From positions 96,001 to 160,000 of the forward strand of contig CBDCFW010000004.1 in the NCBI GenBank assembly GCA_965216465.1: DNA of 64,000 nt, read 5' to 3'. Position numbers and translations under genes: made by a program. The DNA is from Bacteroidia bacterium. Its GTDB lineage: Bacteria; Bacteroidota; Bacteroidia; NS11-12g; UBA9320. The notes beneath the pieces are model-generated. The model did not search any database and had not been told where the DNA came from. It was given only the letters and a program-made list of their open reading frames with translations. Shown piece by piece: positions 1-10,021 of the stretch (position 1 is the stretch's first letter; every line of letters starts with the position of its first letter).

Positions 1-486
1 TTTGGCACCTTGTTGACTTTAATTCCGGATTACTCTAAGCATCTTGGCATTCAAAATAAAGGACTGTTCTTGTCGATAATGACCGTATCGACCATTCTTA
101 CAAGGCTCTTAACTAGAAAGGTTTCGGATAAAAAAGGACGTGCAGTAACATGTATGTATGGTACGGGATTTTGGATAATAACAACCTTTTTGCTCGCGTT
201 CATTACAGAACCAACTTTTTATGTAGCTGCAGCCATGAGTGGGATAGCAACAGGGTTGAACTCTCCAGCAATTTTTGCTTGGGCTGTTGATGTAGCAAAT
301 GGAAAAAGGGCTGGGAGGTCGCTAGCAACTATGTTTGTTTCAATGGAAATAGGAATTGGTGCAGGTGCATTCGGTTCAGCCGCAGTTTATCAAAATGTGG
401 AATCGAATTTAACCTATGTTTTTGGCATTTTAACCGCGATAAATGTGCTCGCTTTACTCTATCTCATAAGGCTCCAAAAGAAATAG
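1..486 (+). CDS. MFS transporter, C-terminal part (runs off window start)
   Basis: Several hydrophobic helices and an MFS motif-A-like 'RKVSDKKGR'; frame is open to position 1. Confidence 0.8.
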   Translation, partial: FGTLLTLIPDYSKHLGIQNKGLFLSIMTVSTILTRLLTRKVSDKKGRAVTCMYGTGFWIITTFLLAFITEPTFYVAAAMSGIATGLNSPAIFAWAVDVANGKRAGRSLATMFVSMEIGIGAGAFGSAAVYQNVESNLTYVFGILTAINVLALLYLIRLQKK

Positions 487-624
487 GCAGTTTACCCTTA
501 TTTGTATTCGTTTAAAATAAGCTCAATGTCTTGAATTCATGAGCTTTTGCGGTGCTTTTTTGTTAGTCTAATAGGGTGCTTAAGATTTCTTGCAAAAACA
601 CATCAGAAAGTTTAATCAAAATAA

Positions 625-632
625 TACATTTG
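625..632 (+). promoter_or_regulatory. Bacteroidota sigma-70 -7 element for the nqr operon
   Basis: TACATTTG matches TAnnTTTG, 22 nt before the nqrA ATG. Confidence 0.7.
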
Positions 633-654
633 CACCAATTTTCAATAGCTTTTA

Positions 655-2001
655 ATGGGTAAAGTAATAAAGATTAAACGCGGTAAAAACATTTCACTTG
701 AAGGGGCAGCCCAGAGTGAATTACTTAGCGTGTCAGCACCCTCATCTTTCGCTATAAAGCCAACAGACTTTAAGGGACTAGTTCCTAAAATGGTGGTTAA
801 ACCCGGCGATGAGGTTAAAGCAGGTGATGTCCTGTTCACTGACAAAAAGAATAGTGAAATCTGTTTCACGTCTCCCGTAAGTGGAGAGGTGGCAGAAGTT
901 GTTAGAGGTGAAAGACGAGCAATTCAAGCGGTTGTTGTTTTAGCTGATTCAGAAACAAGTTACAAGGAGTTTAATACTTCTGGACACGAAAGTAAATCAG
1001 CAGATGAAATCAAATCGTTGCTATTAGAGTCTGGTTTATGGCCGTACATCGTTCAGCGTCCGTTCGGAACACTTGCTGAATTAGATGCAAAGCCTAAGGC
1101 AATACATATCTCAGGATTCGATTCTGCTCCACTAGCAGCTGACCTAGGTTTCAGCCTTAAAGGTGAAGAGTCAAACATCCAAGCGGGTATTAATGCTCTG
1201 TCTAAATTCACAGATGGATTGGTTCACTTGAACCTTCATAAAGATTCTGACAACAGCGTTTATTCTAACATTACTGGCGTTGAAAAGAATACATTCTCTG
1301 GCCCGCACCCAAGCGGACTAGTTGGTATTCAAATTCACCACATCGACCCAATAAATAAGGGCGATGTTGTTTGGACCATTAAACCTCAACACCTTGCTTT
1401 CATCGGTAGATTCTTAAATACCGGTAAGGTAAACTTGGATCAAAAAGTAGTTGTTGCGGGTTCAGAAATCACTAAGCCAGCTTATTATTCTTTAAGAGTT
1501 GGAAGCAGCTTAGATAAAGTTTTAGAAAACAATCTAAATTCAGGTAATTCAAGAGTTATCAGCGGCAATGTTCTTACCGGAACGAACGTTGGTGCTAAAG
1601 GTTATCTAGGATTTTTTGATAATCAAGTATCTGCAATTGAAGAGGGAGATGATTACGAGTTCTTGGGATGGTTGCTTCCATCGTATGCTCGTCCTACCAT
1701 CTCGAGTACTTTCCCAATTTCGAAGTTCTTGAAGAAAACATTTAAGGTAAATACCAACCTTCACGGTGAGCATCGTGCATATGTTGTTACTGGTGAATAC
1801 GAAAAAGTATTGCCAATGGACATTATGCCAGTTCAATTGATTAAGTCTGTTTTAGCAATGGATCTTGAGCAAATGGAGAACTTGGGTATTTATGAAGTAA
1901 TTGAAGAGGATATGGCTCTTTGCGAATTTGTATGTACATCGAAACAAGAAGTGCAAAGCATTTTAGCTGGAGGGCTTGAATTAATGGCTGAAGAAGGATA
2001 A
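655..2001 (+). CDS. nqrA: Na+-translocating NADH:quinone reductase subunit A
   Basis: 'IKIKRGKNISLEG', 'FTSPVSGEV', 'GPHPSGLVG', C-terminal 'EEDMALCEFVCTSK'; first gene of a six-gene operon. Confidence 0.97.
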   Translation: MGKVIKIKRGKNISLEGAAQSELLSVSAPSSFAIKPTDFKGLVPKMVVKPGDEVKAGDVLFTDKKNSEICFTSPVSGEVAEVVRGERRAIQAVVVLADSETSYKEFNTSGHESKSADEIKSLLLESGLWPYIVQRPFGTLAELDAKPKAIHISGFDSAPLAADLGFSLKGEESNIQAGINALSKFTDGLVHLNLHKDSDNSVYSNITGVEKNTFSGPHPSGLVGIQIHHIDPINKGDVVWTIKPQHLAFIGRFLNTGKVNLDQKVVVAGSEITKPAYYSLRVGSSLDKVLENNLNSGNSRVISGNVLTGTNVGAKGYLGFFDNQVSAIEEGDDYEFLGWLLPSYARPTISSTFPISKFLKKTFKVNTNLHGEHRAYVVTGEYEKVLPMDIMPVQLIKSVLAMDLEQMENLGIYEVIEEDMALCEFVCTSKQEVQSILAGGLELMAEEG

Positions 2002-2013
2002 AAGGATTGAAAA

Positions 2014-3207
2014 ATGAAGTTTTTAAGAAAAACATTAGATAATTTAAAGCCAACCTTTTCAAAAGGAGGTAAGCTGAGTTTCTTACACTCAACTTTCGAC
2101 GGTATTGAAACTTTCTTATTTGTGCCTAACCACACCACCAAGAAAGGTTCTCATATTCGTGACGGTATCGATCTTAAGCGTACCATGTTTACCGTGGTTA
2201 TCGCTCTTGTTCCAGCATTATTGTTTGGAATGTGGAACATCGGTTACCAATATCACAAAGCATTAGGCATGCTTGATACAGTTAGCCTATTCGATAACTT
2301 TATGTTCGGATTCTTGAAGACACTCCCATTGATTATCGTGTCTTACGGAGTTGGACTTGGAATTGAGTTTGCATTTTGTCAGATTAAAGGCCACCCAATT
2401 AATGAAGGTTTCCTTGTGTCTGGTTTGTTAATACCGATGGTAATGCCAGTAACTGTTCCGTTGTGGATGGTTGCGCTTGCAACAGCATTTGCGGTTGTGA
2501 TTGGAAAAGAGGTGTTTGGAGGAACAGGAATGAACCTGTTAAACCCGGCACTGACTGCAAGAATGTTCTTGTACATTGGTTATACTCCACAAATGAGTGG
2601 TGACGAAGTTTGGATTCCATTGGAAGAAGGAGCAAAAACAGTTGACGGGTTTTCAGGAGCTACCAATCTTGGTAGTTTGGCATCAGCTTCTGCAGCAGGA
2701 GAAAGTTGGAGCGACAAACTAGTTGAGATTTTTGATACAAGTATTATGGATAGCATTATCGGAACCATTCCTGGTTCAGTTGGAGAAACATCCGTAATTG
2801 CAATTCTAATTGGAGCGGCTATTCTAATTGCTTCAGGTATTGGAAGCTGGAAAATCATGCTTAGTACCGTTGTTGGTGGTTTATTCATGGGCTGGCTCCT
2901 AAATATAGGCGGCGGAGATACTGTTTGGAACGGAATGCCTGCATGGTATCACTTGGTAATTGGAGGATTTATGTTTGGAGCCGTGTTTATGGCCACTGAC
3001 CCCGTGTCTGCAACGCAAACTGATAGAGGTAAATGGATATATGGATTTTTAATTGGTGTGCTTACCGTTCTTATCCGTGTATTCAACCCGGGATATCCAG
3101 AAGGAATAATGATGGCAATACTTCTTATGAACGTATTCGCTCCATTGATTGATTATTATGTAGTTCAAGGTAACATTAAAAGAAGATTAAAACGTGTCAA
3201 AGCTTAA
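2014..3207 (+). CDS. nqrB: Na+-NQR subunit B
   Basis: 'HIRDGIDLKRTM', 'KEVFGGTGMN', FMN-Thr motif 'DGFSGAT', 'FMATDPVS'. Confidence 0.97.
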   Translation: MKFLRKTLDNLKPTFSKGGKLSFLHSTFDGIETFLFVPNHTTKKGSHIRDGIDLKRTMFTVVIALVPALLFGMWNIGYQYHKALGMLDTVSLFDNFMFGFLKTLPLIIVSYGVGLGIEFAFCQIKGHPINEGFLVSGLLIPMVMPVTVPLWMVALATAFAVVIGKEVFGGTGMNLLNPALTARMFLYIGYTPQMSGDEVWIPLEEGAKTVDGFSGATNLGSLASASAAGESWSDKLVEIFDTSIMDSIIGTIPGSVGETSVIAILIGAAILIASGIGSWKIMLSTVVGGLFMGWLLNIGGGDTVWNGMPAWYHLVIGGFMFGAVFMATDPVSATQTDRGKWIYGFLIGVLTVLIRVFNPGYPEGIMMAILLMNVFAPLIDYYVVQGNIKRRLKRVKA

Positions 3208-3937
3208 TAAAAACTCAAACGGATACATATTACTGTACGCAGTAATTATGACGCTTATTTTCGGAACCTTACTCGCGTTTGTTTCTGAAACACTTAAGGA
3301 CAAGCAAAAAGCTGAGGTTCTTATCGAAAAGCAAAAATTTATTCTTAAAGCAGCTTACGGTGATAGTGTTATGGCAGAAATCGCCAAAACTGAAATCACC
3401 CCGTTGTATAATCAAACGGTAAAGGTAGAAATTGTTAACGCAGCGGGCAACGACATGGATGTTGAAGAAGCTCGCATCGATATCGGAAAAGAATATAAAA
3501 AAGGTGCTGAAGAAAGAGCACTGCCTATTTATGTTGTAGGAAAGAAAGATAATCCAAGTGAAGTAGAGTCTTATGTAATGCCTGTTTATGGCAAGGGACT
3601 TTGGGATTTTATTTGGGCATATGTTGCAATTGATGCAGATCTTGAAACAATTGAAGGTATTGTTTTTGACCACGTTGGTGAAACTCCTGGATTAGGAGCT
3701 CGATTAACTGACACAGATGTTCAACAACGCTTTGCAGGAAAGAAACTATCGTTCACTGAAAGTGCAATTGATGCTCCTGACTTTCAAAAAGGGGAAGGAA
3801 AAGATTATTCTGCCGATCCTTCTAAGGTTGACGGTTTAAGCGGTGCAACAATTACAGCTAAAGGAGCTAATAAAATGCTAGACGATTACATGGCATTATA
3901 CTTTACATACATTAACGCTAAAAGAGAGAAGTCATGA
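3194..3937 (+). CDS. nqrC: Na+-NQR subunit C
   Basis: N-terminal TM helix, 'GKGLWD', 'ETPGLGA', FMN-Thr motif 'DGLSGATIT'. Confidence 0.96.
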   Translation: MSKLNKNSNGYILLYAVIMTLIFGTLLAFVSETLKDKQKAEVLIEKQKFILKAAYGDSVMAEIAKTEITPLYNQTVKVEIVNAAGNDMDVEEARIDIGKEYKKGAEERALPIYVVGKKDNPSEVESYVMPVYGKGLWDFIWAYVAIDADLETIEGIVFDHVGETPGLGARLTDTDVQQRFAGKKLSFTESAIDAPDFQKGEGKDYSADPSKVDGLSGATITAKGANKMLDDYMALYFTYINAKREKS

Positions 3938-4596
3938 GTACTGAAACAATAGAAAAAACAGAAGAAAAAGTGGTGAAGTCGTCAGAGCCTCTTTTGTCAA
4001 AAAAGAGAAGACAACTGGTAACCAATCCATTGGATGATGATAATCCAATTACGCTTCAAGTACTAGGTATTTGTTCTGCATTAGCGGTAACCATCGCATT
4101 AAAAGGTACAGTGATTATGGCAATTGCAGTATTCTTCGTATTGGTATCGGCAAACGTGATTATCTCAGCACTAAGAAATACAATTCCAAACAGAATTAGA
4201 ATCATCGTTCAACTTGTTGTAGTTGCATCGTTGGTAGCTGTTGTTGACCAGGTGCTTAAAGCATATGCTTTTGAGCAGTCTAAACAACTTTCGGTATTCG
4301 TTGGATTAATTATTACTAACTGTATCGTAATGGGGCGTTTAGAAGCATTTGCCTTAGGTAACAAACCATGGGATTCGTTGTTAGACGGTGTAGGTAATTC
4401 ATTGGGTTATGGATGGATTATTATCGCCATCGCCTTTGTAAGAGAGTTATTTGGTAGCGGAAAGTTATTCGGAGCTCAAATTTTTGGAGATTGGTACATG
4501 AACAACGGGTTCTTTGCCACTCCAGCAGCTGCATGTATCATTCTAGGTATCATTATTTGGATTTTAAGAGCAAGAAGCGGTTATACCGAAGAATAA
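3934..4596 (+). CDS. nqrD: Na+-NQR subunit D
   Basis: 'NPITLQVLGICSALAVT', 'VGLIITNCIVMGRLEAFA'. Confidence 0.97.
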   Translation: MSTETIEKTEEKVVKSSEPLLSKKRRQLVTNPLDDDNPITLQVLGICSALAVTIALKGTVIMAIAVFFVLVSANVIISALRNTIPNRIRIIVQLVVVASLVAVVDQVLKAYAFEQSKQLSVFVGLIITNCIVMGRLEAFALGNKPWDSLLDGVGNSLGYGWIIIAIAFVRELFGSGKLFGAQIFGDWYMNNGFFATPAAACIILGIIIWILRARSGYTEE

Positions 4597-4617
4597 ACAC
4601 CTAAAAAGTAGAAAACA

Positions 4618-5337
4618 ATGTTAGAAAATTTATTAAACATATTCGTTAGATCAATATTCGTTGACAATATGATCTTCGCATACTTCTTAGGTATGTGTTC
4701 GTACTTAGCTGTTTCTAAAAAATATAAAACAGCAGCAGGTTTAGGTTTAGCAGTAATCTTTGTATTGGGTATTACTGTTCCTCTAAACTGGTTAGCTTAC
4801 AATTACTTGCTTAAAGAAGGTGCTCTTACATGGATCAGCCAAGACTTTGCAAGTATCGACCTTGAAGTATTGAAGTTTATTGTATTCATCGCAATCGTTG
4901 CAGCATTTGTACAATTGACGGAGATGGCTGTAGAGAAATTCTCTCCATCGCTTTATAACTCATTGGGGATATTCTTACCACTGATTGCGGTAAACTGCTC
5001 GATTTTAGGAGCAGCATTATTCTTGCCAACAAGAGACTATAGCTTAGTTGAAGCTACTACGTTCGGATTAGGTTCTGGATTGGGTTGGTTCTTAGCCGTA
5101 GTTGCACTGGCTGCAATTCGTGAGAAGATGGCTTACTCTGACGTTCCTAAGCCTTTAAGAGGTCTAGGAATTACATTCATAATCGTAGGTTTAATGGCCT
5201 TTGGATTTATGAGTTTTGGAGGATTTGAATTGCCGTTTAAAAGAACAGGTGATCAGCCAACGGAAGAAGTATCTGCTCAAGATACAGAAGTGAAACAAGA
5301 TTTAGTTGAAACTGTTAATTATATAGAAGAGAAATGA
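4618..5337 (+). CDS. nqrE: Na+-NQR subunit E
   Basis: '[13 protein letters not shown]', '[12 protein letters not shown]', '[12 protein letters not shown]'; acidic C-terminal tail. Confidence 0.97.
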   Translation: MLENLLNIFVRSIFVDNMIFAYFLGMCSYLAVSKKYKTAAGLGLAVIFVLGITVPLNWLAYNYLLKEGALTWISQDFASIDLEVLKFIVFIAIVAAFVQLTEMAVEKFSPSLYNSLGIFLPLIAVNCSILGAALFLPTRDYSLVEATTFGLGSGLGWFLAVVALAAIREKMAYSDVPKPLRGLGITFIIVGLMAFGFMSFGGFELPFKRTGDQPTEEVSAQDTEVKQDLVETVNYIEEK

Positions 5338-6656
5338 TTTTTGCGATAAACCCAACAGTTATAATTCTTTCCGCGATAATATTTTCTATTATCATTATTC
5401 TTTTAGCAACCATGCTTATGGTAGCTGCAAAAAGATTAGTTAATCAAGGAGCTGTTAAGCTTACAATTAATGGAGAGCGGGAAGTAGAGATTGAAGCAGG
5501 AGGTACCTTACTTAATGCTTTACAAGATCAACAGTTATTCTTACCATCTGCTTGTGGTGGTGGAGGTACTTGTGCGATGTGTAAATGTCAGGTTCATGAA
5601 GGAGGAGGAGAAATTCTTCCTACAGAAACTGGTCACATCAAAAGAAAAGAGCAGAAGGACAATTGGAGACTTGCTTGTCAGGTTAAAGTTAAAGAAGACA
5701 TGGTTGTTGAAGTACCTGAAGAGGTATTCGGAATCAAGAAGTGGGAATGTGAGGTTGTTTCAAACTACAACGTTGCATCTTTCATTAAAGAATTTGTTGT
5801 TAAACTTCCTGAAGGAGAAACGCTTGACTTTGAAGCAGGTGGTTATATCCAGTTAGATGTTCCTCCTATTGAGGTTAACTTTAAAGATATGGATATCACT
5901 GCTCATCCAGAGCTTGTTGCTCTAGGCAGAGATAAAGACGACTTTCAATCAGAGTGGGACAAATACGGTCTATGGGATTTAAAAATGGTTAACGATGAAC
6001 CAATTTTTAGAGCGTACTCAATGGCTAACCACCCTGCCGAAGGGAATATTGTAATGCTTAATATTCGTATTGCAACTCCGCCTTGGGATCGTAAGAATAA
6101 CAAGTGGATGGATGTAAATCCAGGTATTTGTTCTTCGTATGTATTCAGTAGAAAACCAGGTGATAAAGTGGTTGTTTCTGGTCCTTACGGTGAGTTCTTC
6201 ATCAAAGAAACTGATGCAGAAATGCTTTACATTGGTGGTGGTGCTGGAATGGCTCCTATGCGTTCACACTTATTCCACTTGTTCCATACCCTTAAAACAG
6301 GTAGAAAGGTAACCTACTGGTACGGCGGACGTTCTAAACGAGAGCTGTTCTACTTAGATCACTTCAACAAGATTGCAGAACAATTCCCTAATTTCAAATT
6401 CTTCATCGTTCTTTCAGACGCTTTACCAGAAGATAACTGGGTAAACAAGAAGGATGTAAACGATAAAGAAGGAGATGGATTTAGTGGATTTGTACACCAA
6501 GCTGTTATTGATGAGTATTTGTCTAAGCATGAAGCTCCAGAAGATATAGAATTCTATTTCTGTGGTCCTCCATTAATGAATCAGGCCGTTCTTAAAATGG
6601 TTGATGATTGGGGAGTACCTCCAGAAAATGTTTCTTTCGACGATTTCGGAGGATAA
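5334..6656 (+). CDS. nqrF: Na+-NQR subunit F
   Basis: 2Fe-2S motif '[12 protein letters not shown]', 'RAYSMAN', '[12 protein letters not shown]', C-terminal 'DDFGG'. Confidence 0.98.
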   Translation: MIFAINPTVIILSAIIFSIIIILLATMLMVAAKRLVNQGAVKLTINGEREVEIEAGGTLLNALQDQQLFLPSACGGGGTCAMCKCQVHEGGGEILPTETGHIKRKEQKDNWRLACQVKVKEDMVVEVPEEVFGIKKWECEVVSNYNVASFIKEFVVKLPEGETLDFEAGGYIQLDVPPIEVNFKDMDITAHPELVALGRDKDDFQSEWDKYGLWDLKMVNDEPIFRAYSMANHPAEGNIVMLNIRIATPPWDRKNNKWMDVNPGICSSYVFSRKPGDKVVVSGPYGEFFIKETDAEMLYIGGGAGMAPMRSHLFHLFHTLKTGRKVTYWYGGRSKRELFYLDHFNKIAEQFPNFKFFIVLSDALPEDNWVNKKDVNDKEGDGFSGFVHQAVIDEYLSKHEAPEDIEFYFCGPPLMNQAVLKMVDDWGVPPENVSFDDFGG

Positions 6657-6676
6657 TCATAAAAACTTATCAAAAG

Positions 6677-6710
6677 AAGGCTAGCCAAAAGGCTGGCCTT
6701 TTTTATTTTT
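6677..6710 (+). terminator. Intrinsic terminator after nqrF
   Basis: AAGGCTAGCC-AAAA-GGCTGGCCTT hairpin followed by a T-tract. Confidence 0.8.
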
Positions 6711-6716
6711 GAGCTC

Positions 6717-7718
6717 ATGAAAAAAAGTGCATTGTTCTTGTGTCTAGTTCTAGGATTAATCTCGTGTTCTGAAGAGGAACCTCAAGAATATAAGCTTGCT
6801 GGAGATGCTATAGGAACAACCTATCACATTACTTATATCGGTCAGGAGATCGATAGCCTTAAAGAAAAGATTGACTCCATCATTTTTGAGATCAATCACG
6901 CTCTATCTACCTATCAAGAAAACTCTCTTATCACCGCATTCAATACAAATTCAAATACCATGTGGGATAACCCCATGAACATGCGACACTTTTTTAGTGA
7001 TATGAGTCACTTAAGCTCAATGATTCACCTTTCACAAGAAGTTCACGCAAAAACAGATGGAGCATTTGATCCAAGTGCCGCAAGATTATTTGAGATTTAT
7101 AACGAAGCTAAGAAGAATGGTCTTCCTATGGATTCTTTGGAAGTTAATGAAGCTTTACAGCACATGGGCATTGCTGATTTACGTTCAGATCCAAATGGGT
7201 TTCCTATGAAAACGGATTCTGCTTTTATGTTAAACTTTAATGCGATCGCCAAAGGTTATTTGGTCGACCTTGTAGCCAATTACATTGATAAACAAGGAAT
7301 TTCTGACTATATGGTAGAGATTGGAGGAGAAGTTAAAGTACACGGAACCAATTTCAGGGGAGAAGTGTGGAATCTGGGAATTAATTATCCTGAGGTTAAT
7401 CGCTCAACAGAAATCTTCGAAACCATTCAGTTGAATAATCAATCAATGGCCACCAGCGGCAACTATCAAAATTACTACTACATAGACGACGAACTTATTG
7501 GTCATACCATTGACCCGAGAACAGGAAAGCCAATAGTTTCAAGCTTAAAAAGTGCGAGTGTAATTCATAAACACTGTGCTGTAGCTGATGCATATGCAAC
7601 TGCATTTATGGTTTTGGGTCTTGACGCTATTCCAGTAATTGAACAAGATTCTTCATTAAGTGCATACCTCATTTATGAAGATGATTCAGGCAAATTGGTA
7701 GGCCAATTTGTAGAATAA
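6717..7718 (+). CDS. apbE: FAD:protein FMN transferase (lipoprotein; flavinylates NqrB/C)
   Basis: Lipobox 'LISC', 'DGAFDPS', 'NAIAKGYLVD', 'EIGGE', 'ATSGNY', 'HTIDPRTG', 'ADAYATA'; follows nqrF. Confidence 0.95.
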   Translation: MKKSALFLCLVLGLISCSEEEPQEYKLAGDAIGTTYHITYIGQEIDSLKEKIDSIIFEINHALSTYQENSLITAFNTNSNTMWDNPMNMRHFFSDMSHLSSMIHLSQEVHAKTDGAFDPSAARLFEIYNEAKKNGLPMDSLEVNEALQHMGIADLRSDPNGFPMKTDSAFMLNFNAIAKGYLVDLVANYIDKQGISDYMVEIGGEVKVHGTNFRGEVWNLGINYPEVNRSTEIFETIQLNNQSMATSGNYQNYYYIDDELIGHTIDPRTGKPIVSSLKSASVIHKHCAVADAYATAFMVLGLDAIPVIEQDSSLSAYLIYEDDSGKLVGQFVE

Positions 7719-7783
7719 AAAGAATATTCACCGTAGTTTCTCTAAGCAAAGAAGGTTGCTTAAATTGCACCTAAAATTAGCAC

Positions 7784-9031
7784 ATGACCGACATTGAATC
7801 TAAAGTAGCAGAACGCTTCATGCGTTATGTTCAAATTGATACCCAAAGTGACCCTTCTTCAACCACTTTTCCATCCACAGAAAAGCAAAAAGACCTCAGT
7901 CGAATTTTAGTAGAGGAGATGAAGTCAATAGGCATTGAGGATGCATATATGGATGAGTTTGGATATGTTTTCGGAACCGTACCCAGTAATTCGAATAAAA
8001 CTGATATCCCTGTTGTTTGTTTCTGCTCTCATGTCGATACAGCACCAGATTGTAGCGGAACGGATGTAATGCCAATAATGCACCGTGATTATCAAGGCCA
8101 AGACATTGTACTTCCAGACGATGAAAGCCAAGTGATTACAACAAACGATCATCCCTACTTGAAACAAAGGATAGGGGACGATATAATTACAGCATCAGGT
8201 AAAACCTTGCTTGGAGCAGACGATAAGGCAGGTGTAGCCATAATCATGCAATTGGCTGAGTACCTTCTTCAAAATCCTGAGATTGAACATGGTGATATTA
8301 GACTATTGTTTACTCCAGATGAGGAAGTTGGAAGGGGAGTTGACAAACTCGATATGAATAAGCTTAATGCAGATGTTGGTTATACTTTAGATGGAGGGCC
8401 AAGAGGATCTATTGAAGGAGACACCTTTTCTGCAAATGCCATGACAGTCACCTTTGATGGAATTAGTGCTCATCCTGGATATGCCAAGGGAAAGATGGTT
8501 AATGCAACAAAGGTGTTAGCTTACTTTTTGTCGTTATTCCCGAAAGATGGATTCTCTCCTGAGACCACCGATAAAAAAGAAGGCTTTGTACATCCATACG
8601 GTATGACAGGTGAATTGGAGCAAGCTAAGGTTGATTTCTTGATTCGAGATTTTTCAACTGCTAAGCTAGCTGATCACCAAGAGCGAGTAAAAGCTTATGC
8701 TCAACAGGCAATAGATGCCTACCCTGGAGCACAATTTAGCGTAGAAGTTAAAGAGCAGTACAGAAACATGCGTGAGGTATTGGATCAGTATCCTTTCATT
8801 GAGGCAAATGCCATAGAGGCGATGAAACGTGCCGGACTAACACCAATTCCCGATTGGGTTAGAGGTGGAACAGATGGTTCTCGATTATCTTTCATGGGAC
8901 TTCCTTGTCCGAACATCTTTACAGGCGAAATGGCGATTCACAGCAAGCATGAATATGTTAGCGTTCAAGACATGGGAGCAGCCATTCAAACGCTCGTAGA
9001 ATTGGTTAAAGTTTATGAAGAAAAAGCTTAG
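7784..9031 (+). CDS. pepT: Peptidase T (M20 tripeptidase)
   Basis: 'RFMRYVQIDTQS', 'SHVDT', 'LLGADDKAG', 'FTPDEEVGRG', 'RGGTDG'. Confidence 0.95.
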   Translation: MTDIESKVAERFMRYVQIDTQSDPSSTTFPSTEKQKDLSRILVEEMKSIGIEDAYMDEFGYVFGTVPSNSNKTDIPVVCFCSHVDTAPDCSGTDVMPIMHRDYQGQDIVLPDDESQVITTNDHPYLKQRIGDDIITASGKTLLGADDKAGVAIIMQLAEYLLQNPEIEHGDIRLLFTPDEEVGRGVDKLDMNKLNADVGYTLDGGPRGSIEGDTFSANAMTVTFDGISAHPGYAKGKMVNATKVLAYFLSLFPKDGFSPETTDKKEGFVHPYGMTGELEQAKVDFLIRDFSTAKLADHQERVKAYAQQAIDAYPGAQFSVEVKEQYRNMREVLDQYPFIEANAIEAMKRAGLTPIPDWVRGGTDGSRLSFMGLPCPNIFTGEMAIHSKHEYVSVQDMGAAIQTLVELVKVYEEKA

Positions 9032-9118
9032 CTCATCCAAAACTTCCTAGATTTCATAAGATTATTTACCGTGAATAGAATAACAAATCGTTATGTTCGT
9101 TAATTCGAAAACTAACGT

Positions 9119-10021
9119 ATGAAAATCTTTCACGCCGAGAATATCCTTTTAAAATATCCTCGATCAAATTTTAAACTCAACGTTCCCAAAGTCGAGCTAA
9201 ATCATTCGACTATTACAGGAGTTGTTGGTGAAAATGGCAATGGAAAAACCACATTGTTGAACATTATAGCAGGTGAACGAGCTGCAAGCGGTACCTATCA
9301 ATATTTTGAGCAAGATGTTACACATCAATCCGACTGGTCATCCATCAAAACCAATATTGCATTTATTCCTCAACGTATTCCCAGATGGTACGGAACACTT
9401 GAGCAAAACCTCTATCTCAAGGCAGCAATGGAAGGTGTGAAGGCTGCAGACATAGACCCTCATTTGAACGAATTGCTTGATTTTCTGGATCTTCAACGCT
9501 TTAGAAAACTAAAATGGACTGAAATTTCGACAGGTTACCGATTAAGATTTGAACTTGCTCGGGTACTTTTAGGAAACCCTTCGCTACTTGTATTGGATGA
9601 GCCGTTAGCCAATTTAGATATTAATACGCAGCAAAAGTTTTTGTCTGACCTTAAAGTTTTACTTTCTAACAGAGACCAGAAACTTGCGGTTATTTTAAGC
9701 AGTCAGCAGTTGCATGAAATTGAATCTGTAGCCGACCACATGATATTCTTGAAACAAGGAAGCAGCACCTTTGGAGGTAGCTTAGATGAAATAGCAGAAC
9801 AGTCGAAAGGAAACATCTTCGAATTGCAGGTAGACAATATGAATGCAGAGCAGTTACAGTCTTTGTTCAAAGACATTCCATTAAAGCAGGTTGGTCCGTA
9901 TTTTCACGTTCAGACCGATATGAGTGTTAAAGATCTCTTAAACATTATCAGTTCAAACAATGTTGAACTCAGATATTTCAGAGATTTAAGCAAGTCAACT
10001 AAAAGATTTTTCTCAGAATGA
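9119..10021 (+). CDS. ABC transporter ATP-binding protein (ABC-2 type)
   Basis: Walker A GENGNGKTT, Walker B LLVLDEP, degenerate signature ISTGY. Confidence 0.85.
   Translation: MKIFHAENILLKYPRSNFKLNVPKVELNHSTITGVVGENGNGKTTLLNIIAGERAASGTYQYFEQDVTHQSDWSSIKTNIAFIPQRIPRWYGTLEQNLYLKAAMEGVKAADIDPHLNELLDFLDLQRFRKLKWTEISTGYRLRFELARVLLGNPSLLVLDEPLANLDINTQQKFLSDLKVLLSNRDQKLAVILSSQQLHEIESVADHMIFLKQGSSTFGGSLDEIAEQSKGNIFELQVDNMNAEQLQSLFKDIPLKQVGPYFHVQTDMSVKDLLNIISSNNVELRYFRDLSKSTKRFFSE

Noticed and set aside
5225-5337. Acidic C-terminal extension of NqrE
   Set aside because: It is a low-complexity tail, and I recall similar tails in other Bacteroidota NqrE; there is no evidence of a separate function.
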